Shown: positions 18,956 to 31,368 of the stretch, piece by piece | How the letters are laid out: every line of letters begins with the position of its first letter | Position numbering within the stretch: the stretch's first letter is position 1 | Origin: a virus | Lineage: Duplodnaviria; Heunggongvirae; Uroviricota; Caudoviricetes | DNA: 33,220 nucleotides | IMG/VR virus record: IMGVR_UViG_2874920711_000012 | Location: 1-33,220 of that record | Direction: 5' to 3' (one strand) | Translations under genes and position numbers: made by a program | The notes under the pieces: model-generated | Told to the model about the DNA's origin: nothing | The model's database searches: none | The model's input: only the letters and a program-made list of their open reading frames with translations

Positions 18956-20255
18956 CTGAGGGATCCCCACAAAATTACTGCTAATAAACCAGCACCATAT
19001 TTCGGTAGGTTCTGGACAGATGGTTTAGAACTGTGCTCAGTACTGTTCGTCTTAAAATAAGTGGCGAGTGTCGAAGAACATTCTTCGCTAACGTCAGATA
19101 TGAGATAACCCGCCGGGATTTAATGCTGTTAGCCTGATATTTCAGGTGTAACCCTTTATTTTCAGCGTGATAACCGAGTAACCACATTACGATAGTGCTC
19201 AACGTTGCCAGCAGACTCAGAACCAGAATTCTTCCTGTTGAACGACTTTTGCTGGCCCGAAGACCAAATCCGAAGCGCCCGTTCTTTTCATCACGAAAGT
19301 TTTGCTCTATCTGCATTCGCCGACTGTATAACTTGATGATTTCTCGCGCTCTGAAGTCATTTGTACTGCTGAAGATCAACCAGGCTTCTTTTGCTGATTT
19401 GCTCTGTTCTTTGTCTGTTTTGTTTAAACCACTCTGACCTTTCGAACGTTTCTTTTTTCGCCCTTTTGCCGATTTCTTATAGGTGTAAAAATGCCCCGGA
19501 TGCTTTTTTTCCTTTCTTTAACCAGCCTTCCAGCCCCCATATATTCCGGTGTTTTACATTCAGGGCTATCCGACACTTTTAACCATCTTTCAGGCGCGTT
19601 ATCGAGGCAATACTGAACGTTATTTCTGATCCGACCAATAAAATCCCAGCCCAGAGAAGTAATATGGTGAAACCATGCGCTCTGAAATCCAGCATCCGTG
19701 ACAATAATAACCCTGGCATCGGGGGGCAGGGATTGAGCAAGGGAATCAAGGAAATCATGTTGTATCAATGGATTATTTTGTTTTTCAGAAGGAACAACCT
19801 TACTCAATAACGGAATGGAACGCCCGTCACACAGAAGGCTGGCACGAAGAACATGATGCTCCTGGGAGGGATAGCCACTCCAGTCTACGGCTATTACACA
19901 TAAAGATAACTGCCGTGTCAGCATTGAAGTGATATTCCTGAAAATCATTGGAATATCGCGATGGAGCGCCTCATTACCCATGAGGCGATCAATACGTTTG
20001 CTCTTATTCTTAACTTGTGCATTACCCGGGAAAAAACGTCCGATACTGGTCAGCGTCAGAGATGCTCCGTTGATTAACGCCACTGTGGCATCCATCAGGG
20101 CATTTTGTCGGTACTGATGAAATGGTGCTAAGGCATCCCGGAAGAAATTCTGACATACTTTATGAACAGGCATAGCAGTGATCTCATTGAATTGTTGGCA
20201 CAAATCAGTAGATCACATAATGCTATGTCTGTCTCGTTTTCTGGGAATTCCTCAG
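18956..20255 (-). mobile_element. IS10-like element (IS4 family, ~1300 bp) with 9-bp target-site duplication CCCTCCGGG
   Basis: Imperfect terminal inverted repeats CTGAGGGATCCCCACAAAA (18956-) and complement of CTGAGGAATTCCCAGAAAA (-20255); direct repeats at 18947-18955 and 20256-20264; inserted in a terminator hairpin. Confidence 0.75.
18981..20203 (-). CDS. IS10-like DDE transposase, split into two ORFs (apparent frameshift near 19380-19425)
   Basis: N-part has KRIDRLMGN, IAVDWSG and IVTDAGF motifs; C-part has the YREK signature (YSRRMQIEQNFRDEK); clear colinearity with IS10 transposase as recalled. Confidence 0.75.
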
Positions 20256-20341
20256 CCCTCCGGGGCGGCTTTTTTATGACTATAATCGACAGAATCACCT
20301 GAACGTCCAGGTGGGTTTCCCTGACAGGACGTCAAGGAATG

Positions 20342-20376
20342 TTCGCTTTGTGCCAGGAGCGGACGTTGCCAGCATT
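20342..20376. repeat. Copy B of the ~35-nt conserved motif seen at 16338-16372
   Basis: See copy A; lies in the intergenic region ~150 bp upstream of the 20526 ORF. Confidence 0.5.
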
Positions 20377-20525
20377 GAGTTTTCAGTTTTCAAAGGTATA
20401 TCTTTAGATTTAGTTCACTTAGAATGAGCGTGTTAAAGTTTTCGGTTATGTGAGTATATTGAACATAACAAATAAACAATAATTTTTGTATTCCATTTAG
20501 GATATAAAAAAGAGGGATTTGAGTT

Positions 20526-21311
20526 ATGTACGATTATAGTTTTTTACTTACTCCATCTACAGGATTTGTTAAAGGATTATGTGGAGTTTGGTCGAATGAT
20601 TTCTCTATAAATGATGATTCTGACTCTGATTTAGGGCAAACAGATATTCATTTACTTTCATCTCCTCATTTGAATATCATATCCGACCCAAATGAATTGG
20701 CTTCCAAGTTAAAAGGTTTGTTGATGCTCATGAACGGCGCACTTAGCGTTCTTTATGGTTTTGAAAGATATCAATCTTTTGGTCCTCTTTCTATTTCTGG
20801 AAGTGAAGGCATTAATTACTCGGAAATATGCGGCTTTAAATCAATGGATGTAACTCAGGTAAACCCCTTTAATTTCCATGACATACAGCAACCACACCCT
20901 CGCGCTGATAATTTTTCACGATTAATTAATTTATCATCTAAACATGAATCCTTACGTGTTGTTTTAGGTATGTGTGCCTTAGGTTATGATTGGGTTAATC
21001 TTTATCGTTTGTGGGAAACAATTAGAGAATATGTATATGATAAATATGTGAAAGGTATACTAAATTTCCCCGACGCTTATAAAGGCAAGAAATATCAGAG
21101 AGATAAAGTAATTAGCATGGCTTTTAATATTGATGAAAAGGAAATCAGCAGATTCACGGGCACTGCTAATAGCTTTGAACTGTTAGGGTATCTTGCGAGA
21201 CATGGAAAGGGAAGTTCCGGAGGGATATTAAAAAATCCGATGTCAAGAGTTGACGCAAGCATTTTCGTACACAAAGCAACTTACAAATATTGTAAGTTAT
21301 TTTTGATGTAA
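20526..21311 (+). CDS. Hypothetical protein (261 aa), AT-rich cargo gene
   Basis: ATG with AGAGGG Shine-Dalgarno 8 nt upstream; low GC; no recognised motif; convergent with the HNH-domain gene. Confidence 0.6.
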   Translation: MYDYSFLLTPSTGFVKGLCGVWSNDFSINDDSDSDLGQTDIHLLSSPHLNIISDPNELASKLKGLLMLMNGALSVLYGFERYQSFGPLSISGSEGINYSEICGFKSMDVTQVNPFNFHDIQQPHPRADNFSRLINLSSKHESLRVVLGMCALGYDWVNLYRLWETIREYVYDKYVKGILNFPDAYKGKKYQRDKVISMAFNIDEKEISRFTGTANSFELLGYLARHGKGSSGGILKNPMSRVDASIFVHKATYKYCKLFLM

Positions 21312-21413
21312 GTAAAAAGTTGAAGCTATAATACTCAAAGTATCGAAAACTACGTTCGTCGTGCACTCGAAAACAATATGCTTATTGTGTCTGCACTAAT
21401 TACTCAAGGTCCG

Positions 21414-21450
21414 AGAAAAATGGCGAAGCTCATCTTTTTCAGGCTTCGCC
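21414..21450 (-). terminator. Intrinsic terminator for the minus-strand HNH-domain gene
   Basis: Hairpin GGCGAAGC…GCTTCGCC (21422-21450) followed on the minus strand by a U-run (plus-strand A-run 21416-21420), just past the gene's stop at 21473. Confidence 0.55.
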
Positions 21451-21472
21451 AACTTGAGTTATTGGTTAAAAT

Positions 21473-22826
<1,354 letters not shown>

Positions 22827-22898
22827 TGGAGCACCTGTGTTGTTCTGAGGTGAGCATATCACCTCTGTTCAGGTGGCCAAATTCAGTGTGCCACTTCA

Positions 22899-23475
22899 AC
22901 TCGACGATCAACGATAGCGGAGACTCAGGTGCAATCTCGGAGCGAATCGCCGTAAGAGAGAGTCGGAGCTCCTTCAAAGAATCCGAGACTCGTGCTGGAT
23001 CCTCTTGAGCATATGGCAGATAAAGAGAACTCTTGTCTTCCAATAAATGGATCAACCGCAGAGCAATTTTCTCGTCTGGGCGATGCGATAGAAATTGAAA
23101 CATTAGCCTCTTTCCTCCCTCCAAGCACTCCTTCATTAGTGATTCGTGGTCACGTTTCCATTTTCGCAAATACTCGGCGGGGTAGCCCATACCGCCATTC
23201 TTATCAACTAAATCAGCACAAGCTCCGCACAACCATATAGCATTTTTTATGCTCTTCCGCTCTGTTTCTGACTGAGACATGTCATAGCGCGGTCCGCCAG
23301 GGCTCGCCGCGCAGATATGCGCCGCCTCACCCGTCTTGATAGAAAGATTTTCCGCCAATTGATCCGGGCCGATTGTTACCCTATGACAAGAGGGATTGCT
23401 ACAAATATATGTAGCGCGCTCTGCTACCTTACCTACAACGCTTGGAGGAAAGTTGTGCCTATTTGTCTTGGTCAT
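22899..23475 (-). pseudogene. 5' part of an HNH-nuclease-domain gene (~250 aa when rejoined), interrupted by IS911
   Basis: N-terminal region has CSNPSC, AAHICAASPGGPRY and NAIWLCGACADLV, an HNH-like arrangement; the ORF-track C-terminus beyond 22899 is IS911-derived. Confidence 0.6.
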
Positions 23476-23499
23476 AAAAGTTATGCTTCTTTGTTTTTT

Positions 23500-24597
23500 T
23501 CATCTATGTGGGGAGAATAAAATCATACTTTTTATATCTGATCCTAAATAGCTGCGCTTAATACCGCTACACTTTTGCCAGTCCATGTTTGCCTCCGGGA
23601 ATGGGCTGACGGTTTCCATAAAATGGCGAACTTTTTTCAACAGTTGCCACATTGAGCGGCACTGATGATTACGCGTTATTGTGTCGTGAAGTGCCTGCCA
23701 TAGCCGTTCAACATGATTCACCCATGGCGAGTAAACCGGCTGATAAATGACCCTGAACTTCGGGTTCTCCTTCAGCCAGCTCTGTGTTTCCCGGCTTTTG
23801 TGGATAATGTAGTTGTCCACGATCAGCGTGATGGTTTTCGCCCGACGGTATGTCGCTTTAAGCCGCTTCAGCAGGCTGATGAACAGCGCCGAACTTTTGC
23901 TGTTGCCGCCCACATAGCTGACTTTACCTGTCCCGCTGTGCAGCGCTCCGGCCAGATAATATTTTTCATTCTGTCCCGGCGTGACCACCCGTTTTTGCTG
24001 TCCGCGCAGTTGCCAGTCCGCACCGATTTTGGGATGAAGATGGATATCCACTTCATCTTCATAAAAGACCGGATGCTCTGCGCTGCATTCGTCCAGTGCT
24101 TTATGGATTGCTGCCATCTTTTCATCTTTATGCGGGTCACGGATACGCAGAGTTGGCGCAGCCCTTCGCCACACAATCCCCGCAGACGGCAACCAGCGGC
24201 GAACGGTTCCGGCATTTAACTGGCAACCGGTTATCTCATTGATTTTTATTGCCAGCAGTTCTGTACTCCAGCGTGAACGCTGGTAGACAAAGTCGCCGGG
24301 AGAATGTTTTACCAGCTCACGTAACAGTGTGCAGATATGCTCAAACGGCCAGCGACGGGCACGCCCGGCAGGTAATGATTTCAGTCCCTCAACACCCGAC
24401 TGCGTGAACCAGTTAATCCAGCGTCCAACAGAGGAACGGGCGCAGCAGAGCGTTCTGGCAACGTCGCTGACACGGTCGCCCCGGTGCAGCATCAGCATGG
24501 CAGTCAGTCTGCGGGCATAATTTTTATCGTGTGTTTTATGGATGGCTTTCTGCATCAGGCGTCGTTCGTCACGGGAAATTGGTGCTATGATCGGCAT
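23500..24597 (-). CDS. IS630 transposase (ORF as called runs past the IS end)
   Basis: MPIIAPISRDERRLMQKAIHKTHDKNYARRLTAMLMLHRGDRVSDVARTLCCARSSVGRW… matches IS630 transposase as recalled; the last ~15 codons lie outside the element. Confidence 0.85.
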   Translation of the reverse strand: MPIIAPISRDERRLMQKAIHKTHDKNYARRLTAMLMLHRGDRVSDVARTLCCARSSVGRWINWFTQSGVEGLKSLPAGRARRWPFEHICTLLRELVKHSPGDFVYQRSRWSTELLAIKINEITGCQLNAGTVRRWLPSAGIVWRRAAPTLRIRDPHKDEKMAAIHKALDECSAEHPVFYEDEVDIHLHPKIGADWQLRGQQKRVVTPGQNEKYYLAGALHSGTGKVSYVGGNSKSSALFISLLKRLKATYRRAKTITLIVDNYIIHKSRETQSWLKENPKFRVIYQPVYSPWVNHVERLWQALHDTITRNHQCRSMWQLLKKVRHFMETVSPFPEANMDWQKCSGIKRSYLGSDIKSMILFSPHR

Positions 24598-24698
24598 TGC
24601 TCAGTCCGGTTGGTGATTTGTTTTGATTTGGCGATTGATCAGATCGCACAATCCGGGCTAAGTTCCCTCAAAATGATCTACTATTCCGCGCAGCTATT
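23547..24698 (-). mobile_element. IS630 (1152 bp) inserted at a CTAG target with TA duplication
   Basis: Terminal inverted repeats AATAGCTGCGC… at both ends; TA at 23545-23546 and 24699-24700, flanked by C and G. Confidence 0.85.
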
Positions 24699-24993
24699 TA
24701 GGTCTGACCAGCAACCTATTGATCAAAAAACCAAGATATTAGCTAAAAAAATCAGCATACTTGAGACCAAGCTCAATGTCCGCTCCTCGCTCAAAGCAGA
24801 CTGTCAGATTTGATAGCATTTGGGCTATGTAAATTGTCAGGCGGAAAATGAGTGAGTACAAATCAGGACAGGCGGGCGAATTGCCCGCATTTTCTTTATC
24901 TGTTGTTTCATCCCCTGACCAGCCAGGTCAAATAGCGTCTCATGCTCTGCACAACAGAAAATAGTTGCACCCATTAACCACGGAGTTAAACGG

Positions 24994-26182
24994 ATGAGTG
25001 ACTATCATCACGGCGTGCAGGTGCTGGAGATTAACGACGGCACCCGCGTCATTTCCACCGTATCCACGGCCATTGTCGGCATGGTCTGCACGGCCAGCGA
25101 TGCAGATGCGGAAACCTTCCCCTCAATAAACCGGTGCTGATTACCAATGTGCAGAGCGCAATTGCAAAGGCCGGTAAAAAAGGCACGCTGGCGGCGTCGT
25201 TACAGGCCATCGCTGACCAGTCAAAACCGGTCACCGTTGTTGTGCGCGTGGAAGACGGCACCGGCGACGACGAAGAAACGAAGCTCGCGCAGACCGTTTC
25301 CAATATCATCGGCACCACCGACGAAAACGGTCAGTACACCGGACTGAAAGCCCTGCTGGCGGCGGAGTCGGTAACCGGTGTTAAACCGCGCATTCTCGGT
25401 GTGCCGGGACTGGATACCAAAGAGGTGGCTGTTGCACTGGCATCAGTCTGTCAGAAGCTGCGCGCTTTCGGGTATATCAGCGCATGGGGCTGTAAAACCA
25501 TTTCCGAGGTGAAAGCCTACCGCCAGAATTTCAGCCAGCGTGAGCTGATGGTCATCTGGCCGGATTTCCTCGCATGGGATACGGTCACCAGTACCACCTC
25601 CACCGCGTATGCCACCGCCCGTGCGCTGGGGCTGCGCGCTAAAATCGACCAGGAGCAGGGCTGGCATAAAACGCTGTCCAACGTCGGGGTGAACGGTGTT
25701 ACCGGCATCAGCGCGTCCGTATTCTGGGATTTGCAGGAGTCCGGCACCGATGCTGACCTGCTTAACGAGTCAGGCGTCACAACGCTGATTCGCCGTGACG
25801 GTTTCCGCTTCTGGGTAACCGTACCTGCTCTGATGACCCGCTGTTCCTCTTTGAAAACTACACCCGCACCGCGCAGGTGCTGGCCGACACGATGGCTGAG
25901 GCGCACATGTGGGCGGTGGACAAGCCCATCACCGCAACGCTGATTCGCGACATCGTTGACGGCATCAATGCCAAATTCCGTGAGCTGAAAACAAACGGCT
26001 ATATCGTGGATGCGACCTGCTGGTTCAGCGAAGAATCCAACGATGCGGAAACCCTCAAGGCCGGAAAACTGTATATCGACTACGACTATACACCGGTGCC
26101 TCCTCTCGAAAACCTGACCCTGCGCCAGCGTATTACCGATAAATACCAGGCAAATCTGGTCACCTCGGTTAACAGCAATTAA
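24994..26182 (+). pseudogene. FI: Tail sheath protein gpFI with two apparent frameshifts (near 25125 and 25820)
   Basis: [43 protein letters not shown] then a stop; adding one C to the C-run restores …[11 protein letters not shown]…; a second break near GFRFW. Confidence 0.85.
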
Positions 26183-26194
26183 GGAGCCTGACCG

Positions 26195-26711
26195 ATGGCA
26201 ATGCCGCGCAAACTCAAGTTAATGAACGTCTTTCTGAACGGCTACAGCTATCAGGGCGTTGCAAAGTCCGTCACGCTGCCAAAACTGACCCGTAAACTCG
26301 AAAACTATCGCGGTGCGGGGATGAACGGAAGCGCACCGGTAGACCTCGGCCTTGATGACGATGCGCTGTCAATGGAGTGGTCGCTCGGGCTTCCCGGATT
26401 CGGTTATCTGGGAGCTCTACGCCGCAACCGGCGTGGATGCCGTACCGATTCGTTTTGCTGGCTCTTACCAGCGCGACGATACCGGCGAAACGGTGGCCGT
26501 CGAGGTGGTCATGCGTGGCCGTCAGAAAGAAATCGACACCGGCGAGGGGAAACAGGGAGAAGACACCGAGTCGAAAATCTCCGTGGTCTGCACCTATTTC
26601 CGGCTGACGATGGACGGTAAGGAGCTGGTCGAAATCGACACCATCAACATGATTGAGAAGGTGAACGGTGTCGACCGGCTGGAGCAACACCGCCGCAATA
26701 TCGGCCTGTGA
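26195..26711 (+). pseudogene. FII: Tail tube protein gpFII with one apparent frameshift near 26395
   Basis: MAMPRKLKLMNVFLNGYSYQGVAKSV… then a frame change in a G-run; remainder of the protein is in ORF 26352-26711. Confidence 0.85.
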
Positions 26712-26767
26712 TTTTCATCCGGTCAGCCAGGCTGACCGGTTAACCCTGATTCAGAAGTGAGAAAACC

Positions 26768-27193
26768 ATGAACAAAGAAAATGTGATTACCCTGGACAAT
26801 CCGGTCAAGCGTGGTGAGCAGGTTATCGAACAGGTCACGCTGATGAAACCCAATGCCGGGACGCTGCGCGGTGTCAGTCTGGCTGCGGTCGCAAACTCCG
26901 AAGTCGATGCACTGATTAAGGTGCTGCCGCGCATGACGGCACCGATGCTGACCGAGCAGGAAGTCGCCGCGCTGGAACTGCCTGACCTTGTGGCGCTGGC
27001 CGGTAAGGTGGTCGGTTTTTTGTCGCCGAACTCGGTGCAGTAACGTTCCCGAAAAATCTGTCGGTCGATGAGCTGATGGCGGATGTGGCAGTGATATTTC
27101 ACTGGCCGCCATCAGAACTGTATCCCATGAGTCTGACCGAACTCATCACATGGCGCGAAAAGGCGCTCCGGCGAAGCGGAAACACGAATGAGT
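26768..27193 (+). CDS. E: Tail assembly chaperones gpE and gpE+E' (programmed -1 frameshift at TTTTTTG near 27016)
   Basis: gpE ORF 26768-27043; slippery heptamer GGTTTTTTG near its 3' end; extension frame open to 27193, overlapping the T start. Confidence 0.75.
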
Positions 27194-29631
27194 AACAATG
27201 TAAAATTACAGGTATTGCTCAGGGCTGTTGACCAGGCATCCCGCCCGTTTAAATCCATCCGCACAGCGAGCAAGTCGCTGTCGGGGATATCCGGGAAACA
27301 CAAAAATCACTGCGCGAGCTGAACGGTCACGCATCCCGTATTGAGGGATTTCGCAAGACCAGTGCACAGCTCGCCGTGACTGGTCATGCACTTGAAAAGG
27401 CACGGCAGGAGGCCGAAGCCCTTGCCACACAGTTTAAAAACACCGAACGTCCCACCCGTGCTCAGGCGAAAGTGCTGGAATCCGCAAAGCGTGCGGCGGA
27501 GGACTTACAGGCGAAATATAACCGCCTGACGGATTCCGTTAAACGCCAGCAGCGGGAACTGGCCGCTGTGGGAATTAATACCCGCAATCTTGCACATGAT
27601 GAGCAGGGACTGAAAAACCGTATCAGTGAAACCACCGCACAACTTAACCGTCAGCGCGACGCGCTGGCGCGTGTCAGTGCGCAACAGGCAAAACTTAACG
27701 CAGTAAAACAGCGTTATCAGGCCGGAAAGGAACTGGCCGGAAATATGGCCTCAGTAGGCGCTGCCGGTGTGGGGATTGCGGCGGCGGGAACGATGGCCGG
27801 AGTTAAGTTGCTGATGCCCGGTTATGAGTTTGCGCAGAAAAACTCAGAATTGCAGGCCGTGCTAGGAGTGGCAAAAGACTCCGCCGAAATGGCCGCGCTA
27901 CGCAAGCAGGCGCGCCAGCTCGGTGACAATACCGCCGCCTCAGCGGATGATGCGGCCGGTGCGCAGATTATCATTGCGAAAGCGGGTGGAGATGTTGATG
28001 CCATTCAGGCGGCAACGCCGGTCACGCTGAATATGGCGCTGGCGAACCGCCGCACGATGGAAGAAAACGCCGCCCTGCTGATGGGATGAAATCCGCCTTT
28101 CAGCTTTCAAACGATAAGGTTGCTCATATCGGGATGTTCTCTCCATGACGATGAACAAAACCGCCGCCGATTTTGACGGCATGAGCGATGCGCTGACCTA
28201 TGCCGCACCTGTGGCAAAAAATGCCGGTGTCAGCATTGAAGAAACCGCCGCAATGGTCGGGGCACTGCATGATGCAAAAATTACCGGTTCAATGGCGGGG
28301 ACGGGAAGCCGTGCCGTGTTAAGCCGCCTGCAGGCACCGACGGGAAAAGCATGGGATGCACTGAAAGAGCTTGGTGTGAAAACCTCAGACAGCAAGGGAA
28401 ACACCCGGCCAGTATTTACCATTCTGAAAGAAATGCAGGCCAGTTTTGATAAAAACCGGCTCGGTACTGCCCAGCAGGCTGAATACATGAAAACCATTTT
28501 CGGGAGGAGGCCAGCTCAGCCGCTGCTGTGCTGATGACTGCCGCCTCAACCGGAAGGCTGGACAAACTGACCGCTGCGTTTAAAGCCTCAGACGGGAAGA
28601 CCGCGGAGCTGGTAAATATCATGCAGGACAACCTCGGCGGTGACTTTAAGGAGTTTCAGTCCGCTTATGAGGCGGTAGGGACTGACCTGTTTGACCAGCA
28701 GGAAGGCGCGCTGCGTAAGCTCACGCAGACGGCCACAAAGTATGTGTTAAAACTCGACGGCTGGATACAGAAAAACAAATCACTGGCGTCAACTATCGGC
28801 CTCATTGCCGGTGGCGCACTGGTGCTGACTGGCATCATCGGTGCCATTGGTCTTGTAGCCTGGCCGGTTATCACCGGCATCAATGCCATTATCGCGGCAG
28901 CAGGCGCAATGGGGGCAATCTTCACGACGGTTGGCAGTGCTGTTATGACGGCCATCGGGGCGATTAGCTGGCCGGTTGTGGCCGTGGTGGCCGCCATTGT
29001 CGCCGGGGCGTTGCTTATCCGTAAATACTGGGAGCCTGTCAGCGTATTCTTCGGCGGTGTGGTTGAAGGGCTGAAAGCGGCATTTGCGCCGGTGGGGGAA
29101 CTGTTCACGCCACTTAAGCCGGTGTTTGACTGGCTGGGTGAAAAGTTACAGGCCGCGTGGCAGTGGTTTAAAAACCTGATTGCACCGGTCAAAGCCACCC
29201 AGGACACCCTGAACCGTTGCCGTGACACGGGCGTCATGTTCGGGCAGGCACTGGCTGACGCGCTGATGCTGCCGCTTAATGCGTTCAACAAACTGCGCAG
29301 CGGTATTGACTGGGTACTGGAAAAACTCGGCGTCATCAACAAAGAGTCAGACACACTTGACCAGACCGCCGCCAGAACTCATGCCGCCACGTATGGCACC
29401 GGTGGTTATATTCCGGCGACCAGCTCTTATGCAGGCTATCAGGCTTATCAGCCGGTCACGGCACCGGCTGGCCGCTCTTATGTGGACCAGAGTAAAAACG
29501 AATATCACATCAGCCTGACCGGTGGTACTGCGCCGGGGACACAGCTTGACCGCCAGTTACAGGATGCGCTCGAAAAATACGAGCGGGATAAACGAGCGCG
29601 CGCCCGTGCCAGCATGATGCATGACGGTTAA
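27188..29631 (+). CDS. T: Tail tape measure protein gpT (at least three apparent frameshifts)
   Basis: ATG 27188 (MSNNVKLQVLLRAVDQASRPFKSIRTASKSLSG…) continues through ORFs 27376-28089, 28145-28534 and 28528-29631; Ala/Gly-rich hydrophobic core. Confidence 0.85.
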
Positions 29632-29645
29632 GGAGGTGACGAAAA

Positions 29646-30146
29646 ATGATGCTCGCGTTAGGTATGTTTGTTTTTATGCGCCAGACGCTGCCACATCAGA
29701 CCATGCAGCGTGAATCAGATTATCGCTGGCCGTCAAATTCCCGTATCGGTAAACGGGATGCCTATCAGTTTCTCGGTGTAGGTGAGGAGAACATCACACT
29801 TGCCGGTGTGCTTTATCCCGAACTGACTGGCGGAAAGCTGACGATGACCACGCTCAGACTGATGGCAGAGGAAGGCCGGGCGTGGCCGTTGCTGGATGGC
29901 ACCGGCATGATTTACGACATGTATGTCATCAGCAAGGTGAGTGAAACAGGGAGTATTTTCTTTGCAGACGGCACACCCCGGAAAATTGATTTTACGCTGT
30001 CGCTCACCCGCGTTGATGAGTCACTGGCCGCGCTTTATGGCGATATCGGTAAACAGGCGGAATCGCTCATCGGTAAGGCTGGCAGTATGGCGACTAAATT
30101 CACGGGTATGACGGGGCGGGATAATGCTGGATGCGCTGACATTTGA
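29646..30146 (+). CDS. U: Tail protein gpU
   Basis: 166-aa ORF between T and D, P2 gpU-like. Confidence 0.8.
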   Translation: MMLALGMFVFMRQTLPHQTMQRESDYRWPSNSRIGKRDAYQFLGVGEENITLAGVLYPELTGGKLTMTTLRLMAEEGRAWPLLDGTGMIYDMYVISKVSETGSIFFADGTPRKIDFTLSLTRVDESLAALYGDIGKQAESLIGKAGSMATKFTGMTGRDNAGCADI

Positions 30147-31287
30147 TGCAGGCAGTACGCTGACGCCGGATTACATGCTGATGCTCGACAGCAGGGATAT
30201 TACCGGCAATATCAGCGACCGTCTGATGAGCATGACCCTGACGGATAACCGGGGCTTTGAGGCTGACCAGCTTGATATTGAACTGAACGATGCCGACGGG
30301 CAGGTCGGGCTGCCGGTTCGTGGCGCTGTCCTGACGGTGTATATCGGCTGGAAAGGTTTTGCCCTGGTATGCAAAGGGAAATTTACCGTTGATGAGGTTG
30401 AACACCGGGGCGCACCGGATGTGGTCACCATCCGCGCCCGGAGTGCAGATTTTCGCGGGACGCTCAATTCCCGCCGGGAAGGCTCATGGCATGACACCAC
30501 GCTCGGTGCGATTGTTGAGGCGATAGCCTCCCGGAACAGGCTGGAAGCCAGTGTCGCTCCGTCACTGGCCGGAATTAAAATTCCGCACATCGACCAGTCG
30601 CAGGAGTCTGATGCGAAATTCCTGACCCGCCTTGCTGAACGCAACGGCGGTGAGGTGTCGGTAAAAATGGGAAAACTGCTGTTTCTCAAAGCGGGGCAGG
30701 GGGTGACGGCCAGCGGTAAAAAAATCCCGCAGATTACCATCACCCGCAGCGACGGCGACCGTCATCATTTTGCGATTGCTGACCGTGGAGCCTACACCGG
30801 CGTAATGGCAAAGTGGTTACACACCAAAGACCCGAAGCCACAAAAGCAGAAGATAAAACTGAAACGCAAAAAGAAAGAGAAACACCTGCGCGCACCGGAG
30901 CACCCGAAAGCGAAACCGGTCAGGCAGAAGAAAGCGCCTAAAGTACCGGAAGCGCGCGAAGGTGAATACATGGCCGGTGAGGCTGATAACGTTTTTGCCC
31001 TGACTACGGTATATGCCACAAAAGCGCAGGCCATGCGCGCCGCTCAGGCGAAGTGGGATAAGCTGCAACGGGGCGTGGCGGAGTTCTCCATCAGTCTGGC
31101 TACTGGTCGGGCAGATATTTACACGGAAACGCCGGTCAAAGTGTCAGGTTTTAAGCGCGTCATAGACGAGCAGGACTGGACAATCACTAAGGTGACACAC
31201 TTTCTGAATAATAGCGGCTTCACGACGTCCTTAGAGCTTGAGGTCAGGCTTTCTGATGTGGAGTACGAAACAGAAGGTGATGAGTAA
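30124..31287 (+). CDS. D: Tail protein gpD
   Basis: 387-aa ORF, P2 gpD-like, with a Lys-rich linker (KQKIKLKRKKKEKHL). Confidence 0.9.
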   Translation: MLDALTFDAGSTLTPDYMLMLDSRDITGNISDRLMSMTLTDNRGFEADQLDIELNDADGQVGLPVRGAVLTVYIGWKGFALVCKGKFTVDEVEHRGAPDVVTIRARSADFRGTLNSRREGSWHDTTLGAIVEAIASRNRLEASVAPSLAGIKIPHIDQSQESDAKFLTRLAERNGGEVSVKMGKLLFLKAGQGVTASGKKIPQITITRSDGDRHHFAIADRGAYTGVMAKWLHTKDPKPQKQKIKLKRKKKEKHLRAPEHPKAKPVRQKKAPKVPEAREGEYMAGEADNVFALTTVYATKAQAMRAAQAKWDKLQRGVAEFSISLATGRADIYTETPVKVSGFKRVIDEQDWTITKVTHFLNNSGFTTSLELEVRLSDVEYETEGDE

Positions 31288-31368
31288 TGTTTTGTTTTTA
31301 TCTGTTTGTTTTATAAGGGTAAATTAACTAAAATGGCACCATCAACAAAACCGGAAGAGGTGCTCGCG

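Noticed and set aside
24484-24813. 109-aa ORF spanning the IS630 right end and the FI upstream region
   Set aside because: It crosses the IS boundary into a promoter region and has no coding signature.
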